Positions 58,250 to 64,000 of a stretch of DNA of 64,000 nucleotides are shown piece by piece. How positions within the stretch are numbered: the first letter of the stretch is position 1; each line of letters starts with the position of its first letter. The DNA comes from Camelus dromedarius. Its lineage: Eukaryota. The position numbers and the translations under genes are program-made. Under the pieces are notes generated by a model, which saw only the letters and a program-made list of their open reading frames with translations, was not told the DNA's origin and did not search any database. The stretch is from positions 27,528,001 through 27,592,000 of the forward strand of contig NC_087461.1 in assembly GCF_036321535.1 (NCBI RefSeq), written 5' to 3'.

Positions 58250-60904
58250 CCGTCCTTAATGTGGCCGTGGATGAAGAGAAGAGGATCTGAGACCAGTGAG
58301 CACGGCCGGCATCCAGGTGGACGCGGTCAGAAAGGAAAGGCAGCGGCTGTAAGAAGCACCAGAAGACGCCCGCCCCCCTCCAGGCATCGGCTTTGTGGAG
58401 TACCTGTTGCAGCCCTGCCTCATAAGAGACTGAGAGATCATCACTGAGATTTTTGAATAGTTCGTCTTGGAAAACGGAAATAATAGGCCTCTGCAAGCAA
58501 ATTACTTTGAATTTTACTATTTATTGCTTTCATTTTATGGGTTACCAAATTCTAGTTGCTCCTTGCCTCCAAATGACCGTCAAGGGAACTTCTGTTGGCT
58601 GCGCTGTCCATCTACTCGTTATATTTTCATTGTTTGAGTTGCTTGTGTTCAGAACTCTCATTTTTGCTATTAAAAGTCATCATCGCTGCTTTCTTTGCTC
58701 TCGCCCGTCCCGTTCTTCCAGGGGCCACAGTATTCCCGCCAGCCTCACGCCGCCTGAGGGAGCGCCGCCCCCAGCCCTGCCCCGGCTTCACGCTGTTGAC
58801 GGGCGGCGGCTCCTTTGGCCCGCTTAAGTGCGGTTTGCTTCGTAACGTAAATTCCATAATTTGCTGTGAGTACACTGAGATATATGAAACTATTTTCCTA
58901 CAGAAGGATGTAATTTGATACCAACAATACTCTCCAGGGAATAAAGAAAAAGCCCTGTCTTCATTTTAAAGAGAAAGGGACTAAAGCTGAGATAATTCAG
59001 GACAGGGCTTTGACCTAGACTTCATACTCGCAGTCCAGCTATTTGTCACACAGTCACATGGGTTTTACAAAATATTTGTGTAACAACGAGAAAACTACAG
59101 TTTGTTTGATTTGCCTTTCCTCAAAACAAGGATGATAGGACGGAGGTGAGATGTAGAATAAGACATAGGAAACGGAGGGACACGTTGACTCTCTATCATC
59201 TCTTCACTGTCATCAGTGAAACGTGAAAACTGCAGGATTTTCTTCAGGGAGAGACTATCATCCAATGTCACGTGGCTGCACTTTGCCCCTCAGTGGGTGT
59301 GATGGAGAAGACAACTGATGCTTATTTCCAGCGAGTGTCGCGTTAGTCTCTGGCACATGATCCCATGTTCTTCCTGCCATAAATTTGTGAGCAGATTGTT
59401 AGCTCTGTGTTTAATAGATGTTTGGGCCGATGCCCTGTGAGGTACTTAGCATGCACACAAATAATAATTCAGACCCCGGTTTTGACCCTAACTTTTTTGA
59501 CTCCAAAGTCAACACAAAGTCAACTTTTGAACAAAGTCAACATGGATTCTCTCATCTCATTAGAGAGAAATCTAGCTGTAAAGAGCAGATTGTAGAAGAG
59601 AAACGGCCCAGGCAGAGCAGTCCAAGGCAGCCAAACGAAGCATGTGGATGGCAGAGGTCTGCCACCCGCTTAGGGCCAGAGACAGTCCCAGTTCCATGCT
59701 CCTCTTCTTGAGTTTGTCACCTCTGATTGCCGCCTGCCTGCCCGTGCACATGTGGGTAAGGGGAGAAATCTGGGACTAATAAAGGTTTCCTTTGACGTTT
59801 CTATCCTGTGAGTATATATGTTTTATCTCTATGGTTAAGGACTCTCTTAGACTATCTTGGGCTCCTCTCAGTATTTGACCACAGAAGCAACAATTTCGCC
59901 ATATCTTTGGTTCTCTGTCTATTTATCTCTCGAGTCCAGCTCTTGGATACTTTTTCCTATATGCTGGGAGAAAGGTAAAAATCAAACATTGATTAGGATA
60001 GAAATGCTCTGAAAGCAATACTATTTATAGTATAATCTGAAGCATCATAATGAAGTTAGAAAAAGGAAGCACTTTGGTGAAACGAACAAAAAAATTGAGA
60101 AAAACTTGGTGAGATATTCAGTGTATGCTGGTAGAAAGGCTACACAGACGGCGTGGGAGGTCTTGGCGTCTGATTTCTGTGAGGCCAGTGTAGCTTTCAC
60201 TAAACTATCTGATGGAAGCAAGAAAGTCTCCCAACTCCACTAAAAGCGATCTTTTTTAGGAGCATCGTTCCAGCAACTTTAGAGACTGAAATATTTTCCA
60301 ACAATTTCTCCTGTGAAATTCCAAGAGCTTCTCGGGTAATCACGAGTGCTGTACCCACCCAGAAATAATAACAGAAAAGGATCCAAAACTCATGCTACTG
60401 AAAGAAGAAGAAATGGAATCCCCTTTTCCATGAAAGTTCTCTCGCTAACTTATGTCTCTGTGGAAAACATTTATCCGAGGTTAACAGTCTCCGATACTTC
60501 CCTAAACATATTTTATACTCTCAGTTGTAATGTCAAGCATTTCAATCTCAAAAATACCATGAACTGATTTCCTAAATATTTACTGTATGTGATCTGCTAG
60601 CAGAATTATTTTACCAAATCGTACATCTTAACATTCAGTCACGGGAAGGCTTTTAGAAACAGCCCAGGATTATGTTTGTGGAGCCCTCTGCTTCCCTGGC
60701 CTTCGACTATGCTATTCAAATAATCTGTCACAAATAAGTTTTTGAAGAACACATTGTGCTGAGTATATCCAGACTTCTAAAAAGCTAGGTTCTAAGGTTT
60801 TGATTTTAAGTTGAATTTCTCAATATTGAAGTCAGTGTATTCTAAAGCATTCTATAGCTGCATAATGAAGGATGCTTCAAAACTCTAGATGAAGTTAGTA
60901 GTCG

Positions 60905-61110
60905 GTATTTATTGCCCATGGTCAGTGTGCCCAGAACCATGCAAAACACTTCATGTGTATGCTTTTGTTTAATCCTGGCTACAACCCTGTGCAGCAGGGA
61001 TCAGTCATCACTCCTCAAGGAGACTAAGAGGCCAGGAGTTTAAGAAAGTTTAACAAAGTTACCAAAGGTACAGAGTAGAACCAGGATTTGGGCTTGTACT
61101 ACCCTGACTT
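60905..61110 (-). mobile_element. MIR SINE
   Basis: 'tttaatcctggctacaaccctgtg', 'gtagaaccaggatttggg...ctgacttcagagg'. Confidence 0.6.
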
Positions 61111-61589
61111 CAGAGGCTAGGTCTTTGCACATTGCAACATATCATCCGAAGAAAATTATGCTGTAGTTTCTGAATAAGGACCAGGTCCCAGAAGCATCAA
61201 GGGACAGCTACATACAGAATGTCATCACCAACTGAGTGCTCTGTTGAGTGGGGCTCTCCACGTAGCTTATCTGCCATCTCCTGTGGAGTTTCTCCCAAAG
61301 CTCAGCTTGAGGTGAGTTTTTGGAGGTTTAGGAAGATAATCTGACAACGACGTACAGGGGAGCCCAGAGGAGCAAAGGGGGTGATCTGGGAGTCCATGCA
61401 CACGGCTCTGCTGCTTCAGCAATGAGAGCAGCTTGGGGAGAGCAGTGACTGAGCACTTTTCCTTCTGGTACACGATGTGAGAAGTCCTCTCTTCTGCTAA
61501 GAGATGGTCCTAAGTCACAGGCACGTTGAGTGTAGGGTGAGGATGGGTTATCCAGGCAGGAAGGGGTTAGTGGTGACTAGGGGGAAGTA

Positions 61590-61800
61590 AGTATGAGCTG
61601 CAGGCACACAGTTAGAGGTCACATGGGAATGAGCCGTGAAGCTGAAACTATAGATGAGTTTCGAGGAGGAGGATATAGAAAGGAGTCACCTTGGAGCAGA
61701 GACTCAGGGTCTAATTTTCAGGAAGTACTGGTAAATTGGAAGCTGAGGAGAGAATCCAGGAAAAGGCAAGGAAGAATCTGGACAAAGTAATCATCCAGTC
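61590..61800 (-). mobile_element. L2 fragment
   Basis: 'gaagctgaaactatagatgag...gctgaggagagaatccaggaaaaggcaaggaag' resembles L2 internal sequence. Confidence 0.45.
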
Positions 61801-62144
61801 ATCAACTGAAATCGGTTTCAAGAAACACGAGATGGGTCTACAAAATGTTGCACTTTCTATGACTTAAATTATTAGCAAAACATTTGTAAGTTAGACAAAG
61901 TAAACATAAATACGCAGAGTTCTGTTTCAGGTCTGTTGCCAACACACATGTCAACGCATCCGGTTGTGTTTCGGGGCATCCACGGCTGTTCCACCTGCCT
62001 CCTCTTCCGTACACTTGAGTTCCAGCACATTTTTCCTCTGCTGGGAAATCTAAAGCCTTCTGGGTAGAAATCCTGTTCACTCCTTTGACTCCCACAGCAG
62101 CTGTGTCTGCCGAAGTCCATTCTGTTTGTCTTTTTTCTGACACA

Positions 62145-62300
62145 TTTTTTATTGAAGTATAGTTGACTTACAGTATTATATTAGTTTCAGGTGTACAACA
62201 GAGTAATTCAATATTTTATAGGTTATGCTCCACACAAAGTTATTATAAAATGTTGACTATATTCCCTGTGCTGCACATTACATCCTTGTAACGTTTTTTA
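62145..62300 (-). mobile_element. Short L1 3' end of an older (laurasiatherian-type) subfamily
   Basis: 'ttttattgaagtatagttgacttacagtattatattagtttcaggtgtacaaca...gactatattccctgtgctgcacattacatcc'. Confidence 0.8.
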
Positions 62301-62725
62301 TGTGGAATTGTTTTATTTTTTTTTTAAATTGAAGTACGGTCAGTTATAATGTGCCAATTTCTGGTGTACAGCATAATGTCTCTGTCATGCATATACATAC
62401 ACATTTGTTTTCATATTCTTTTTCATTAAAGTTATTATAAGATATTGAATATAGTTCCCTGTGCTATACAGAAGAAATTTGTTTTTTTATCTATTTTTAT
62501 ATATAGTGGCAGACATCTGTAAATCTGAAACTCCCAAATTTATCCCCTCCCACCCCTTACCCCGGTAACCGTAAGTTTGTTTACTAGGCCTGTGAGTCTG
62601 TTTCAGTTTTGTAGATGAGTTCACTAGTGTCCTCTTTTTTCTTTTTCTTTTTCTTTTTTTTTTTTACATTCCACATATAAGTGATATCATATGGTATTTT
62701 TCTTTCTCTTTCTGGCTTGTTTCAC

Positions 62726-62925
62726 NNNNNNNNNNNNNNNNNNNNNNNNNNNNNNNNNNNNNNNNNNNNNNNNNNNNNNNNNNNNNNNNNNNNNNNNNNN
62801 NNNNNNNNNNNNNNNNNNNNNNNNNNNNNNNNNNNNNNNNNNNNNNNNNNNNNNNNNNNNNNNNNNNNNNNNNNNNNNNNNNNNNNNNNNNNNNNNNNNN
62901 NNNNNNNNNNNNNNNNNNNNNNNNN
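62726..62925. other. Assembly gap (N run, 200 nt)
   Basis: Run of n. Confidence 1.
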
Positions 62926-62942
62926 CAAATTAGAATTCCCTC

Positions 62943-63113
62943 NNNNNNNNNNNNNNNNNNNNNNNNNNNNNNNNNNNNNNNNNNNNNNNNNNNNNNNNNN
63001 NNNNNNNNNNNNNNNNNNNNNNNNNNNNNNNNNNNNNNNNNNNNNNNNNNNNNNNNNNNNNNNNNNNNNNNNNNNNNNNNNNNNNNNNNNNNNNNNNNNN
63101 NNNNNNNNNNNNN
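62943..63113. other. Assembly gap (N run, 171 nt)
   Basis: Run of n. Confidence 1.
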
Positions 63114-64000
63114 CTTTTGAAGGATGGCCATTCTGATTGGTGTGAGGTGACACCTCATTGTAGTTTTGATTTTCATTCTCCTGTTAATTAGCAATACTAA
63201 GCATTTTCTTATGTGCCTGTTGGCCATTTGCATGTCTTCATTGGAGAATTGCTTGTTTAGGTCTTCTGCCCATTTTTAGATGGGGTTGTTTGCTTTTTTG
63301 TTGTTAAGTTGCATGAGACCTAAACAAGCAACTCTCCAATGGGCAGAATAGAAAAGTTTTTTTTAACAGGGAGTGAAGAGAACCACTGGGCAGTGCCGCT
63401 CCCTTCTCTGTTGCCTGAATTCCCTGCGGAAGCAGACACCAGGGAAGAGGGAAAATGGCTGAGGATATGAGGTTAGGTAAATCATTAAAAACAAATCCAT
63501 GTTGTTTTATTCTTCCAGACTAACATGCACAGACCTTGGGGTATCAGGCCCCATGCTGCACAATTGGAAAGTGAGTTTTATAAAACCAACTGCACTATAA
63601 AAATTATAAAAACCTGAAGTCTGACATTTGTAGAGCCATTGAAACATGTCCAGGAATTACACTGAGAAGCAACCCTTGAGATCCACTGCCCCAGCGGATT
63701 TTATCATTGTGACCACTTGCCCTACCTTGAACTGTACTGTTCTGTGCTATTTATCAGAATATTTAATACCATATAAATCAATTTTAAGTTAAGTTTAAGC
63801 AGCAGTGAACGTAAGCAATATATCTCTGATGATGGAATTTCAAGCACTGCTATGAACTGGGGAGGAGATATTTGCTGACTTCAGGGGATTTTCTGTTACC
63901 ATAAAATTACACAGATGGATGGATGGCCATGGAATCCTGCTCTATTCCATCTATGTAAGTAAAATAAGGGACTCATGGGCAGGGAAGGTCGCATAATTAC

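Larger units (their letters stand above)
62310..63315 (-). mobile_element. 5'-truncated lineage-type L1 (3' UTR plus ORF2 C-terminus), partly in gaps
   Basis: Minus-strand translation '[40 protein letters not shown]' is the L1 ORF2 C-terminus. T-tail at ~62310-62325. Confidence 0.92.

Noticed and set aside
57897-58496. ORFs of 120-175 aa spanning the 58.1 kb gap
   Set aside because: Length is an artefact of N runs translated as X.
62664-63233. ORFs of 143-189 aa at 62.7-63.2 kb
   Set aside because: N-gap artefacts; the readable part is L1 ORF2.
1-64000. CRISPR arrays, rRNA, NUMT, intact ERV gag/pol/env or intact L1 ORF2
   Set aside because: None seen: no spacer-repeat periodicity, no rRNA or mitochondrial sequence recognised, and all retroelement ORFs are fragmented.

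Overview
Mammalian, repeat-dense genomic DNA with three assembly gaps. It is probably camelid: it carries four copies of a tRNA-Ala-derived SINE resembling the vicuna 'vic-1' family, plus several copies of one lineage-type L1 3' end. I could not identify any protein-coding gene by name, and every long ORF in the track lies in repeats, GC-rich DNA or N gaps. Supported content: many L1 fragments, MaLR/ERVL LTRs, Tigger1 and Tigger3 DNA-transposon relics, MIR/L2, microsatellites, a CpG-island-like promoter with a perfect NRF1 motif (~28.2-28.8 kb), and a second CpG/CRE-rich patch (~36.5-37.3 kb). Four solo ERV LTRs belong to two families, each family present once per strand. The most interesting directly visible signals are four. 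(i) Short tracts of nearly one-directional A/T->G/C change recur in the same ~60 bp of three L1 3'-end copies. (ii) The solo LTRs retain sense splice donors, and two sit next to the CpG island. (iii) Both copies of one LTR family share the same 7-bp downstream flank (GAAGCAG). (iv) An L1 5' junction carries a templated inverted insertion. Several splice-site-bounded, open-frame candidate exons hint at a poorly conserved or decayed gene but remain unverified. I found no convincing evidence of a new biological system. Repeat family names are from memory of consensus sequences and need Dfam/RepeatMasker confirmation; boundaries of old repeats are approximate.
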